From: Psilocybe cubensis
Lineage: Eukaryota
Direction: 5' to 3'
Assembly: GCA_017499595.2 (NCBI GenBank)
Contig: CM039001.1
Coordinates: 248,001 to 312,000, forward strand
Length of the DNA stretch: 64,000 nt
The notes below the pieces were generated by a model. The model was not told where the DNA came from, searched no databases, and worked only from the letters and a program-made list of their open reading frames with translations. Both the position numbers and the translations under genes were made by a program. Shown here one piece after another: positions 1 through 12,996 of the stretch; position 1 is the stretch's first letter, and every line of letters begins with the position of its first letter.

Positions 1-631
1 AAACCCTGCCGATTATCAAAGTAAAGTCATCCGACTCTCAAGCGTCATTGTGTTGCTACGACAGGGGTGTTCGGGAGCTACGGTAAAATCTTTGTAAAAT
101 TCACTAAATTTTATTGAACTTCAGTACAGCCAATTTTACGCTCGATAAGCATTATGTACTACATTTCTCACCGGAATTGTACGGCACAAATAAAGAAATC
201 CACAGAAAACTTGCGCTAGCTCCATCTCAGGCGACCGGCGCTTAATGAGAAAGATCACGTCCAAAAGAGGAGCGAACGCAACCTAAAATGGAGTTTGTAG
301 AATGGAGATGGCTACATAGTGTCACACCTACCGCAAGTATAATTTTTATACCTGGGTGGCTTGCCATTCCTCTGACAGGCTCGCGTGGACCAGCCAAATA
401 CGTGATTTTTGCACTCAGGTCGTGCGAACGATCCTAAAGCTATATTGTTTTCACCAATGCGACAATGAATGCAGCACAGCATAGCGCAATATAATACCAC
501 TTCCTATATTGTACGCCAGTAGTTTTGACAGCCGTGTCGAAAAAGGATATCTTATATTGCTTGCCAACCTATTCGGGCTACTGGTGGCACGAATATGAGC
601 GAGCTGGGACACACATGTCGCTCCTGTCCTG

Positions 632-638
632 TATAAAA
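632..638 (+). promoter_or_regulatory. TATA box upstream of the 726 ORF
   Basis: TATAAAA about 90 bp upstream of ATG 726, followed by a C/A-rich leader typical of fungal 5' UTRs. Confidence 0.6.
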
Positions 639-725
639 AGCCAGCTTCATACCTCATCGTGCACAAGACATTCCACATACTCACAGAACAAAGATACCAG
701 CTAAACTTCTTACATCTAACCTAAC

Positions 726-1373
726 ATGTACCAACCTGCTTCCAGCAACTCAACCGCAAACAACACCCAACAGGCAGATGCCGGCGCCTCCGAATCTCCC
801 AGTTCCACAGTGATCGCAGCATTATTTATCTCAGAGCTTCTCCAACAAAACAGCAAAGAAACCGAACTCTACTTCTTCACCCTCGTCCGCTGCATATCCA
901 ACCTCCGATCCGAGGTAAAGAACACCATCCAAAGCTTGACAACCAACGGCGACGACGACGATGTGGTGGTATACGGTGCATTGCTGCTGCTGCTCCGCTG
1001 CGCCAATTCCAAATCCCGCTTCCACACTTCTATGATCGATGGCTATGACCTATTCCGCACAGCGTACACAGTTGCGTTAAAGGCGTTCGCTGACAACAAC
1101 AATTCCATCGCCGGTTCCTACCACCTGCTAATGACTCTACCAAGCTTCTACACTGACGCCGTACTCTTCGCCCAGCGCGGGAGCGAAAAGAAGAAAGCCA
1201 AGTACACTGAGATCATGAAGAACATACGCGAAAGGATGGAGTCGGACGTTACCCGAAGCTCAGATACTATCCGGGGGATGATCGTTGAATTCCGGGGTAT
1301 ACTCGAAGATGACTTTGCTACGAAACATCGCAGGACGAGGTTTGGTTACCCGAGGAAGTTTGAGGCTGTTTGA
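726..1373 (+). CDS. Single-exon hypothetical protein (215 aa), no recognised family
   Basis: Long uninterrupted ORF with TATA box, good start context (AACATG) and an AT-rich 3' region. Confidence 0.65.
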   Translation: MYQPASSNSTANNTQQADAGASESPSSTVIAALFISELLQQNSKETELYFFTLVRCISNLRSEVKNTIQSLTTNGDDDDVVVYGALLLLLRCANSKSRFHTSMIDGYDLFRTAYTVALKAFADNNNSIAGSYHLLMTLPSFYTDAVLFAQRGSEKKKAKYTEIMKNIRERMESDVTRSSDTIRGMIVEFRGILEDDFATKHRRTRFGYPRKFEAV

Positions 1374-2009
1374 TTATGATGGGTTAGTGATAGTAGTACC
1401 CGTAGGCGCTGGCGCTGTATATCAGGTATCAGGGATATCTTGATGGAATTTAAACAAGTAATTAGGTACCGTAGATTTTGTAGATAGAGCCGAGATTCTT
1501 TTTAATCAATTAATAACTGTTTATATCCCGGTATCAACGACATTGAATGTACTATTGTATTAACGATGATTGACGAAGCCTACGGAAGAAAACCAAATTG
1601 AACCGTCAATCTCTCAGTTGCCCATTGAAATAGCCCTCAATAATGCCTCTGAGCGTAATTTTACCCACCCCGAGAGACCGCAAGTTATATCATAACACGT
1701 ACGCAGAACTCCCATCTGGAAAGTCACTGACTAGAACCTACCTGATTCCAATTCCAAAGTATGTGTGGTGTAGTATACCTTGAAGTAGACTCACGAGGCG
1801 GACAAAGATGATGGAGAGAGATGCGGGAAAGAAGGTGGGCGTTTCCATTTTGAATAAGAGAAAAAAGAACAAAAATGAAATTTAATCTTGAGCCTGAAAC
1901 CTGAATCTCAATCTCAATCTCAAAGTAGGGTAACATAACCGCGAAGCATCAACAAACGAAGCATCAAAAAACGAACAACGAAAAAAAATCAACCCAACCA
2001 TCAACCCAC

Positions 2010-5000
2010 CTAACTATCCTCAACATCAACCAAAACACCCCCCTTCTCCCTCTCCCTCTCCCTCTCCCTCTCGCTCTCCCACACCGCCAACGCCTCTTCC
2101 TCCTTCGCCAACGCATCCTCCCACCCCTCCACAAACAGCTCAGGATTCTGCGCCGGATCCGCAATCGTACCCGCGATCTTGCCGCGGTTTTTGGACGTCA
2201 GATCGGTTTTCCACGCTGCGACTGCTTTAGGCACCAGACTGTATTTATAAAAACAAGAGAGCAAGATAAGATAAGATAAAAGGGGAGATTGCGTTGTCAG
2301 ATGGATGGTTATATATAACAAAGGGAAAGAGAAGAGGGGGACGTACCGAGGCGCGTATGTCCGCGCGAAGAGCGCCGCTTCAGGCGCGCGCTGTGTGCGT
2401 ATGAGAAGGTCGACGCAGCCTGCTGCGTCCCCTAACAGCAGCGTAACCGCAAACGCGAGGTTATTCTGTCCTTTCTCGGCTATAAACCAAAAAATAAAGT
2501 CAATAGTCGTCCAAACCAGCCAAAACAGCCAAATAGCCAAATAGCCATACAGCAAAAACCAAAAAAAAAAAAAAAAAAAAAAAAAAGCCAACTCACCCGC
2601 TTCCCTCGCAACACCCTCCAACCCCTCCCTTCCCCCAACAGCCGCCATCAAAAGCATCAACGCGCCCACATCTCCCGCGCGCTCAAAGCACTCCCGCGCC
2701 ATCTCGAACCGCCACTCCCCCAGCGCCCTATCACCTAGCGCCTTAAACTTCACAGCGCTTTCCGAAGGAGGGGAGGCGCGCGCGATGGATAGTGCTGTGG
2801 ATAGATCCGAGAGGGCGAGTGCGAGGTCGAATTTGTGCTCGGGGTCTGTGGTTATTTCGAGTGCGAGTTCTTTGAGGTCTGGATGGGAGAAAAGTTATTG
2901 ATTAGAAGATGATGAAGATCAAGATGAAGACGATGAAGACGAAGAGGAAGGAAGAAGAGCAAGAAAAGAACACACACCCCGCCCCTCCAAGAACCTCGCG
3001 ACCTTATTAACCTGCTCCTTGGGCACACTCGGGAGAATCTCGCTCGCAGCGTCCATATCGCCTCTCAGCACCGCCGTCTGATACTCAACTACGGCGAGCG
3101 AGAGCGCGTAGCCGTATACATTGAGCTCTTTGTCTGCGAGGTAGACGCGGTTGTGCGCGGGGATGTAGCCGAGGAGGTAGAGGGTGCTGTGTTATCGTTA
3201 TCCAGTGTCCAGTGTCCATCGTCGAAAGCATTTTTTTTTTTTTTTTTTTTTTTTTTTGCGAGAAAGGAGGAGGGTGAGAGATGGAGTGAGTTTATGGAGA
3301 AGAGAATATGTGATGGAAGAGCGACGTACGTATCGAATGGACTGATAGTATACGACTCCGTGCCGACAAAGTAACACAGCCTGTTCGTAGCGGTCGTATA
3401 GATAAAACAGTCTCCGACCCATTTCGCCGACTTGACGCTGCATTAATGGATGGGTATGTGTGAGTAAACGTGCAACGTGAAACGGAAACGCGGTCGCGGG
3501 GGAGGAAAATGCGATGCGATGAAGAATGAAAAGAAAGGAAAGGAGAAGAGAGGAGAAGAAAGGGGTTGGAGAGGAGATGGATGCAACATGAAAGATGCAA
3601 AAAAAAAAAAAAAAAAAAAAAAGCACAAGGCACTAGCACTAGCACTAGCACCAGCACATTGCTCAAAGTTAGAAATTTCGAAATTCAAAATCTCGAAATC
3701 TCAAGCAACAAAAACACCCTCTAAAAACCCCAAAACAACAACAACAACAATTGTCCCAAAGAAACAGAAACAAAACCCACCTCTCATTAACCTCAGCAAC
3801 AACCTCAAACGCCTCCTCGACCCCCTCATCCGCAATCTCCTCCATGCCGCCCGCGTCGACGCGCGCATCGTACGCTGCGCGGTCGAACCGGAGGATGTAG
3901 AACGTGTCGGACGATGTGATGGCTAGGAGTGTGTTGGTGCCTGACCAGTATACCTATAAGAGAGAAGGTCAGTTAGCGGAAGAGAATGAGAGGGAGGAGA
4001 GTAAAAAAAATCAAGACGTGACACGTACATTCTTCGCATCGACATCGATCCTCCTAACCACCTCCCCGCTCTCCCAATCCCAAAACATCACAAAGCCCGC
4101 GCCCTTCGCACCCAACAACACCCCCCCAAACAACCCATCCACGCTCCACGCACCCCCTCCCCCTCCCCCACCCACGCCCTTCACACCCACCCCCGGCCGC
4201 TCACGAAAGCTCCTGAAAATCTTGATCTTAACCCTACTCTCCAGCACCGCGTACGTGTTCGAGTCCGCTGCCCACGCGAAGGAGATGGCTGCGCCGAACG
4301 CCTTGTTCCGCCAGGCGAGGGCGGTGTAGATGATGTATTCGCCGTCGCCTAGGGCGGCGACGAAGCGCCCGTTTGGCGAGTGGGTGAGGGAGGAGGCGAA
4401 GAGTTCGGTTGAGCCGAGGTCTTTTGGGGACAGGGCGAGGCGGGTGCCGTCTGCTATTGCTGCTGCTGCTGCTGGGGAGGGGGAGTCAGGAGAGGAGGGG
4501 GAGGAGGAGGAGGGGGGGGAAGGGAGGGTTTGGAGGTTTGCGGAGAGGACGTCGTGGTTCCGTGTGTAGATCAGTTTGCCGGATGTGTCCATGCTGAATG
4601 TAGGCTCGTCCCTCCCGAGCTAGTCGATACGTCAGTATACACAGGTATAGAAAAAGCAAAGAAAAAGAGACGTACGGAGATGACAACCACACCATCGTCA
4701 AACCCAACCGCAACCTCATTCGCATCCTTCCGGAGCGCAACACACCACGCGCGCTCAAGCGCATACGAAAGCGTGCTCTCAACCCTATACGTCCCGCTAT
4801 TCCACACCTTCACCGTCCCGTCCTCACTCCCACTAACCACCACCGGCAGCGCCGGGTGGAAGACGGCGAACGAGACATTGTTCGTGTGCCCCTCCATCGT
4901 CTGCACGCACGATTTGGAGAGGTAGTCCCAGACGCGCACGGTCTTGTCGTCGCCGCAGGTGACGAGGTAGGGTTTGTCCGACCCCGGGTAGAAGTCGATG

Positions 5001-5681
5001 TAGTTGACGCCTTTTTCGTGTGCGTCGAGCGTGGAGTTGGGCGTTGGGGAGGTGAGGGACCACATTTTGACGGTGCGGTCGAGGCAGGCCGAGGCGAATG
5101 TGTTGGGGTCCTTGGGGTTGAAGACGAGGTTCATGATGAAGTGCGTGTGGCCTTCGTAGACCTGTGTGTGTCGATTCGATTAGCTTGGTTGTGCTCATGC
5201 ACGCTGCGCGCGACGCGCACGCACCTGGACGTTCTTCCACCCCTTCTCCCAATCCCACGCCTTGATCGTCATATCATCGCTGCCCGTAAGCACAACGCTC
5301 GCAGCAGGATGCACCGCCAAACACCTAATATAATCCGGATGCGCTTCGAAGCCCACGACCTTCTCATGCGTATTATAGTTAAACACGCGGAGCTGGAAGT
5401 CGTCGCTCCCCGCCACGAACCAGTTCTTCCGCGCGATGAACTTGACGCACCGCACGGGCACCTCGGCGACTTCGAAGGACTTGACGAGCGCGCCCGTGGT
5501 GTGGTCGTAGATGTGCACGGAGCCGTTGTAGAGCCCTGTGAGGAGCCACGGTTCGGTTGGGTGGAAGTCGACGCCTTTGACGCGGTCTGAGCGGGACAGG
5601 AGCTTTTTCTGTGTGTATTACAAAGTCAGTGGGTGTGCGGAGGCGGAGAGGGGGAAAGCGTACTTGGATATCGAGCAGCAT
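2010..5681 (-). CDS. SEC27: Coatomer (COPI) beta' subunit, WD40 repeats, multi-exon
   Basis: Spliced N-terminus [115 protein letters not shown]; ends DVEDS* at 2010. Confidence 0.96.
2561..2586. repeat. A26 homopolymer in a SEC27 intron
   Basis: Read directly. Confidence 0.95.
3231..3257. repeat. T27 homopolymer in a SEC27 intron
   Basis: Read directly. Confidence 0.95.
3599..3657. repeat. A24 homopolymer followed by a (GCACTA)n microsatellite in an expanded SEC27 intron of about 340 nt
   Basis: Read directly. Confidence 0.9.
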
Positions 5682-5911
5682 TTGTGGCTGTCGTGGATGT
5701 AGTAGCGTAGCGAGAAACCGACGTGGTATCCGCGAATAGGCTGCGGGAGAATTACGTAATCGATCAAGTTTCACCAAGGGCACAGACGGCCGTTGGCGTG
5801 ACACTCACACTCACACTCACACTCTTCTTCTCCTCCAACACTCCCTCCCTTCTCCTTCTCTTTCTTTCTTTTCTTTTCTGTTCCTTTTCTTTTCCCCCAG
5901 AGCGGGCAGCT
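5682..5911. promoter_or_regulatory. Compact bidirectional promoter and 5' UTRs between SEC27 and the chitin synthase
   Basis: Divergent start codons at 5681 (-) and 5912 (+); CT-rich tract about 5820-5900 and (CACACT)n before the CHS ATG. Confidence 0.7.
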
Positions 5912-8900
5912 ATGGCTTCCCCGCAGACAACACAGGCCATCGCCTCGGGCGACCTCGTCGACCTCGTCTCCTCCTCGGGCAAAGCGACCATCTACCCCTC
6001 CGACGACACCCTCCTCGCCGTCCTCCACGCCCGCTTCCGCGCCGACCTCCCCTACACCCGCATCGGGCCCACCGCCCTCGTCGCTGTCAACCCGTACAAA
6101 AGCCTCGCTAGTACGAGCGACGCCAGTGCGCAGGAGTATGTCGAGCGGTGTTATAGGGATACCACCCCGGTGGGTGTGGGTGTGGGTGGGCCACGGCCGC
6201 TCCAGCCGCATGTGTATGAGATGGCTGCGACGGTGTATATGCTTATGCGCAGGCGGGGCGAGAGCCAGCGTGTCCTTGCTCGGTGAGTATTTTCATTCTC
6301 CTGACGATGGCAATGATGATGTGACATGGCACTACCTACACTACAGCGGCATCACCGGCTCAGGCAAAACCACCTCCCTCCGCCTGCTCACCACCCACCT
6401 CCTCCGCCTATCCACACACACGAAAAAGGAGCACAAGCTCGCTGACCAAATCAAATCCCTCCACATTGTCCTAGACGCTTTCGGCAACGCCAAAACTCTA
6501 ATGTCGCCCAACGCCTCGCGGCACGGCCGGCTGCTCGAGCTGCACTTCACATCCACCGGCCGCATCGCATCTGCAAAAGTCCTCACGTACGCACTGGACA
6601 AAGCGCGCTTAGTCTCCCTCGCACACGAAGAGCGCACGTACCACGTGTTTTACCAGCTCCTCGCCGGCGCGACGCCAGCGGAGCGGGATACCTATCAGCT
6701 GGAAGATCCGTCGGAGTATGCGCTGCTAGCTTCGTCCGGGTGCTACAGGCTCCCCGCGGGCCCGTTCAGCGACGACGCAGCGGGGATGGGCGAGCTGCGC
6801 GATGCGCTGCGGGTGCTGGGGTTCAAGCCGAAACATACATCAGCGATATTCAGCGTGCTCGTCGCGGTGCTCTTACTAGGCAACCTCGAATTCGCCGACG
6901 GCGACGCGCACGACACCTCCGCGCACGTGGTGAACGCGCACGTCCTGGAACACGCCGCGCGCCTGCTGGGTGTCCCGCCCGACGAGCTGGGGCAGGTTCT
7001 GACGAACCGGACGAGTTACGTGCGCAAGGAGCTGTACACTGTCTTGCTTAATGCCGAGCAGAGCGCGAGGCAGCGCGATGGGCTTGTAAGGGACTTGTAT
7101 GCGATTTTGTTTGCGTTTATAGTGGAGACGTGTAATCACCGCCTTGCACCACTATCCACGGACCCTCCGCCCCACGCGCAAATTGCGATACTGGACCAAG
7201 CGGGATTCCAAAGCCGGGGTCCATCCGGGACGAGCTCGATGTCGCTCTCAGGTGCACAACCGCTGATATCCGCGTACGGACCCAACACGTTCGATGAATT
7301 CACCGTCAACTTCTGCGACGAGCTCGTGCATTCGTATGTGCTGCGGCACGTGTTTGACGATAGTGTCGGTGCGAACGCGGGGATGGTGCGGGATGGGGTT
7401 GGCGGGGTGTTGCCGCAGGTGGATGTGATGGACAACGGGGCGTGTGTGGAGATGCTGCGCGGGGCGGGGTTAGGCGAGAGAGCGGCGCGGAAGCCGGGGG
7501 GCATGTTGGGTGTGCTGGGTAAAGCCTGCGCGGCGTATAAATCGGGCAAAGAGAAAAATGGGGAGAACAGGGACGAGGAGATGGTCGCCGAGCTCGCCGC
7601 CAAGTTCAGCGTGCATTCGTCGTTCTCCGCTGGTGGACAGCAGGAGAGAAGGCAGTTTGGTGTGAACCATTATGCGGGGAGTGCGAGCTATGATGCGCGT
7701 GGGTTTGTAGAGAAAGACGCGGACTTGCTCGATTCGGCGTGTGTTGCGCTCCTGCGCGGTTCCGCGGAGACCTTTGTCGCGAAATTGTTCTCCGGGCCGA
7801 GTCTAGCGGCCGAGCGGCACAGTAAAGACGAGACCATCGTCGTCCAAGCGCAAGTCTCCTCCCGTCCACTCCGTGCGCCTACCTCGCTCCCCCAGGAACC
7901 CGACTCCGAGCAGCAGCAGCAGCATCCGAGATTGGATCCAGGGAAAACGTACCCCGTGACCACACAGCTCAATATGACGCTAAGCGACATCTTCAACGCG
8001 CTCGACACGCTTAATGGGCCGTCGTCTCCGACACCGCTGTTCACTATAACATGTCTCAGACCGAACGACTCGCTCTCGCCCAACTCGTTCGACAAGCGGC
8101 GGATAAAAGCCCAAGTCCGCGCGCTGCTCCTGCCGGACCTCGTCGCGCGGCGGTCCGCAGCGGACTTGCCTGTGACGTACACGCGCGAGGCGTTCTGCGA
8201 GCGGTATGTCCCGACGATGCGCGGGGATACGGGGGAAAGGGTGAGGCAGTGCGCGCGGGCGAATGGGTGGGTTGAAGAGCGGGATTATGTGCTTGGCGAG
8301 GAGAGAGTGTGGGTTGGGTATGGCGCGTGGAAGGGTGTGGAGGATGCTGTTAGGGCGCGGGAGAGGGAGGCGGAGGGCGGGAGGGGTAGTGCGGAGGATG
8401 AGTTTGGTGGGGAGGCGGGGTATGTGGATGATAATAATACGGATTATACGCATGGCACGGCGGAGGGCGGGAACGGGAACGGGCTGGCACCGCCGTCGGG
8501 CTATTTTGGGGATAGCGCGGATAATTTGTTGGTTAGTAGGACAGGCGCGGATGGTGCGCGGTATCATGATGCCAATGCCCATTATGGCGAGGGCGGGCTG
8601 AGGACGCCGAGGACGCCCAAGGGATACGCCGACGCGGACGACGCGGGCGTATGGGGGTCCGAGTACGAGAACGAACACAAAGGGTCGCCTGAGATACTGC
8701 CTTACGGTAGCAACGCCAACAACGGCGGAAACAGCGGAACGAAGGAGATGGTGATCAAAGACGCGCCGAATGCGGTGGAGGAGCTGCCGACGACCACATC
8801 GCGCCGCTGGTGGCTGCGCCTCGTCTGGCTCACAACATGGTGGATCCCATCCCCGCTCCTGCGCCTCCTCGGGCGGATGAAGCGCCCCGACGTGCGTCTC

Positions 8901-11183
8901 GCGTGGAGAGAGAAGGTGACGATCTTCTGGCTCATCTTCCTCTTCAACGCCATCGTCATATTCTACATTGTCGAGTTTGGAAGGCTGCTTTGTCCGCGGT
9001 TCGATAAAGTCTGGAGTATAGGCGAGGTGAATGAGCATCAGGGCGATGAGGACTTTTGGGTCGCGATTCAGGGGACCGTGTACGACGTGTCGAATTTCGT
9101 GCATGGCGATCACAGTAACGGCTACTTTGGCATCAAATCCAACTCCCCGGACGTCCTATCGCAAATGGCCGGGCAGGACCTGACATACTACTTCCCGCCC
9201 CCGCTATCGCTAGGCTGCGCGGGGTTGGTGAACAACGGGCAGGTTGCGCTGCAGAGGCAGAACTGGACCGACTTTGCACCGCTCGCGCATCACGTCAGCG
9301 GCGCGCTGCAGACGCAGGCGCCGGATATGGAGAACGAGCGGTGGTATGTGGACACGTTTTTGAAGGTGATGAAGCCGATGGCCAAGGGCCCGTTGGTGAT
9401 TGAGAGCAAGACGATTAGGGCGATGGCCGCGGACGATAATGTCGCCAAGGTCTGGGGGGTATATGAGAACCAGCTCTTTGATCTTACGGACTATGTGTTC
9501 ACGCTGTCCCAGCAAATCAGCGCGCCGGAGTATGCGTTCCTTGATTCGGATCTGGTGAATGTGTTCAAGCAGCGCTCAGGACAAGATATCACCGCCCCGC
9601 TGAACGCTGTGCTGGACTCGTTTAACTCGACGTACCGCGCGCAGCACACGTCGTGTTTGAAGAATGTGTTTTTGGCGGGTGAACCGGATTTTAGGAAGAG
9701 CGCGAGGTGTCAGGTGCAGAATTATTTGTTGATTGTGTTTTCGGTTATTATGATGGCGTCGATTTTGGTTAAATGTGCGTTTCTATTTCTTTCCTTTTAA
9801 CATCAAGAGAGAGAGAGCTGATTCATGGTGTGCTGTTAATTTTATTTATTTATACAGTCCTCGCTGCACTCCAACTCGGCTCGCGAAGACAACCCGAACT
9901 CCAAGACAAATTCGTCTTATGCCAAGTACCATGCTACACAGAAGGCGAAGACTCGCTCCGGCGCACCATCGACTCGCTCGCCGCGCTAAACTACGACGAC
10001 AAGCGCAAGCTCATCTTCATCATCTGCGACGGGAACATTATAGGCCATGGGAACGACCGGACGACGCCGCGGATTGTGTTGGATATTCTGGGTGTGGATG
10101 CGGGGGTGGATCCGGAGCCGTTGCTTTTTAAGAGTGTGGGTGAGGGATCGAAGGCGTTGAATTATGGCAAGGTTTATTCGGGCCTTTATGAGTTTGAGGG
10201 GCATATTGTTCCGTGCGTTTTTTCCTCCTCTCCTCTCCCCCTCTCCTCCTCTCATATCCCATTAACCTAAAACGTAAACTCTTTTTTTAAAAAATTTGTG
10301 CAGATACATGGTCGTAGTCAAAGTCGGCAAACCGACCGAACGCTCCAAGCCGGGAAACAGGGGCAAACGCGACTCGCAGATCCTCGTCATGCATTATTTG
10401 AACAGGGTGCATTTCGATGCGCCGATGTCGCCGTTGGAGCTGGAGATTTATCATCAGATGCGGAATGTGATTGGGATTGATCCGGCGTTTTATGAGTATA
10501 TTTTTACGGTGGATGCTGATACCGTGCGTCTCTCTCTTTTTCTTTCCTTTGTGTTGGAAGGCTGATGCTGACGGTGGTTTTTTTTTTTTGGGTGGGGTGA
10601 ATAGACGGTGACACCCGACTCGCTGAACAGACTTGTTGCGTGTAGCGCAGACGACTCGAGTATCATTGGAATCTGTGGAGAAACGAAGCTGACGAACGAG
10701 GACGGGTCGTGGTGGACAATGATCCAAGTGTACGAATACTACATCTCGCACCATCTATCCAAAGCATTCGAATCCCTCTTTGGATCCGTAACTTGTCTCC
10801 CAGGGTGCTTCTCGCTCTACCGCATCCGCACAGCAGATAAAGGACGGCCCATCATAATATCCAATCGCATCATCGAAGAATACGCCGAACCGAACGTTGA
10901 CACCCTCCACAAAAAAAACCTATTCTCTTTAGGGGAAGATAGATTTTTAACGACGCTTTTGATGAAACATTTTCCGACGTTCAAGACCAAGTTTACGCCG
11001 GATGCGACGGCGCATACGATGGCGCCGGAGAGTTGGAGGATTTTGTTTTCGCAGAGGAGGAGGTGGATTAATTCGACGATACATAATCTTTGTGAGCTTG
11101 TGATGTTGCCTGAGTTGATTGGGTTTTGTTGTTTTTCGATGAGGTTTTTTGTGTTTTTGGATTTGATTGGGACTTTGGTGAGT

Positions 11184-11222
<39 letters not shown>

Positions 11223-12996
11223 GCTCTTTGAAAGGCTGATGGTTGATGGGTTTTTTGTTTGTTTTTTTTAGATGTTGCCTGCTACGGTCGTCTATGTGAG
11301 TTGTTCTCATTTCATTGATTCGTTCTGAATTTGATAACTCATATTGTCGTTTTTTTTTTTTTTCAAGCTCATTTACCTAGTCATCGTCGTCGCACTTAAA
11401 AAAGCCGCGTTGCCTACGATCGCGCTTATCATGTTGGCTGTCACGTATGGTTTACAGGTTCGTATTCTCATCCATTTCCAAAAACAAAAATACAAGAAAA
11501 AAACAATTTTATTGATGTGGTTGATTTGGCGATAGGCGTTGATTTTCATTATCAAGAGAGAGTTTATGCTTGTTGGGTGGATGATTGTGTATCTCCTTTC
11601 GTACGTCCCCTCTTCCTCCTATCTTCCCTCTTCCCTCTTCCTCTTACTCTCCATTGCTTACCATTTCAATCGTTCACAGGTACCCAGTGTACAGCTTCTT
11701 CCTCCCGGTATACTCGTTCTGGTGCATGGACGAGTTCAGCTGGGGTAATACCCGTGTGGTGATTGGAGAAGGGAAGGAGAAGAAGGTTATTACGAATGAG
11801 GATGAGAAGTTTGATGAGTCGATGATTCCTCTTAAGAAATTCAGCGGTGCGTTTTAGGTTTTACTTTGTCGTTTCGATGTCGATGTCAGAGGGGATTGCT
11901 GATGCTTGTTTGTGTGAAATGTAACAGAGTATGAGGCGGAGGCTTGGGAGACTGCTACGCGGCACTCGGACGATACGGGGTATGATAGCAAAGCGCGCTC
12001 GAAATCGCACGGACAAGGTCAACATGCCCAGCGCTCGCGCGACGCCTCGCCCCATGCAAACGCCAACGCGTACAACTCGGCATCGCAGTCGGGCGATTAT
12101 TACCGCGATACGAATGTGATGATGCAGATGCAGAGGACGGGTGGGAGTCAGCTTTCGCATAGTAATGTGTCGATGCATCTTGCTGGGCAGCAGCAGCAGC
12201 AACAACAACAACAGCAGCAGATGCAACAGCAGCAGCAGACGATGTCGCAGTATGGGATGCCGCAGATTCCGCCGTTTATGCCGTTTGGCCAGGGTCCGGG
12301 GTCCGTTGCTGGGTCTGATTACGCGCATAACGCGGGTGTGGGTGTGGGTGGCATGGGTATGCTCCCGCCGTTGGGGTACCAGAATTCAGGGACGATGTCG
12401 ATGTATGGGATGATGCCGCCGAGTCTTAACCCTATGATGACAGGTGGAGCGATGTCGTTGTTCGGCGCTGGAGGTGCTATTGGTGGTGGTGGTCTTGGTG
12501 GTGGTGCAGGGGGAGGGGGAGGAGGGGGTAGTGTGAGCGGATCACAATCCGGTCATGGGCATGGGCTAGGTGGAGGAGCGATGCCCCCGACGCTGCCGCA
12601 GACTCTTAATAGGCCGATGTCGACGTTCTCGATGGCGACGAGCGTTAACCCGTTCGCGGGCCCTAGTTTGAACCCGAATCCATCGGACGATGAGCTGTTC
12701 AGTGCGCTGAGGAATTATTTGAGTACGCAGGATTTGATGTCTGTTACTAAAAAGTGGGTGGTCTTTTTTTCTTCTTCTTCTTGCTTTCTTTACATGAATT
12801 TTTTTTGTTTTTTCTTTTGTTTTTTTTATGACTGATGACTGATGACTGATGACTGATGACTGATGACTTGACTTTTTTGCTTGCGCTTTGTAGGACTGCA
12901 CGAGAGGCGATTGCGGCGAAATTCCCAAAGGCGGATATGGCGTCCCGAAAAGAGTTTTTGAATCAGTCGATTGACAAGATTCTCTCTGAATCATAG
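5912..12996 (+). CDS. Class V chitin synthase: N-terminal myosin-17 motor-like domain, cytochrome b5-like domain, GT2 catalytic domain, C-terminal DEK_C
   Basis: Myosin motifs: P-loop [27 protein letters not shown]. b5-like [16 protein letters not shown] motifs: [71 protein letters not shown]-terminus [28 protein letters not shown] with stop at 12994-12996. Confidence 0.96.
11186..11221. repeat. T36 homopolymer in a chitin synthase intron
   Basis: Read directly, just downstream of the GTGAGT donor. Confidence 0.95.
12188..12238 (+). repeat. CAG/CAA repeat encoding poly-Gln in the chitin synthase C-terminal tail
   Basis: [17 protein letters not shown] in frame. Confidence 0.9.
12828..12868 (+). 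repeat. (ATGACTG) about x6 tandem repeat in the last chitin synthase intron
   Basis: Read directly; ends about 25 nt before the TAG acceptor at 12893. Confidence 0.9.

Noticed and set aside
3153-3926. Poly-Phe and poly-Lys ORFs
   Set aside because: Translations of intronic homopolymer runs
4856-5590. 244-aa plus-strand ORF and similar long overlapping ORFs (for example 7980-9113 and 25351-26046 on -)
   Set aside because: Antisense shadows of GC-rich, codon-biased real genes (SEC27, chitin synthase, PTR2)
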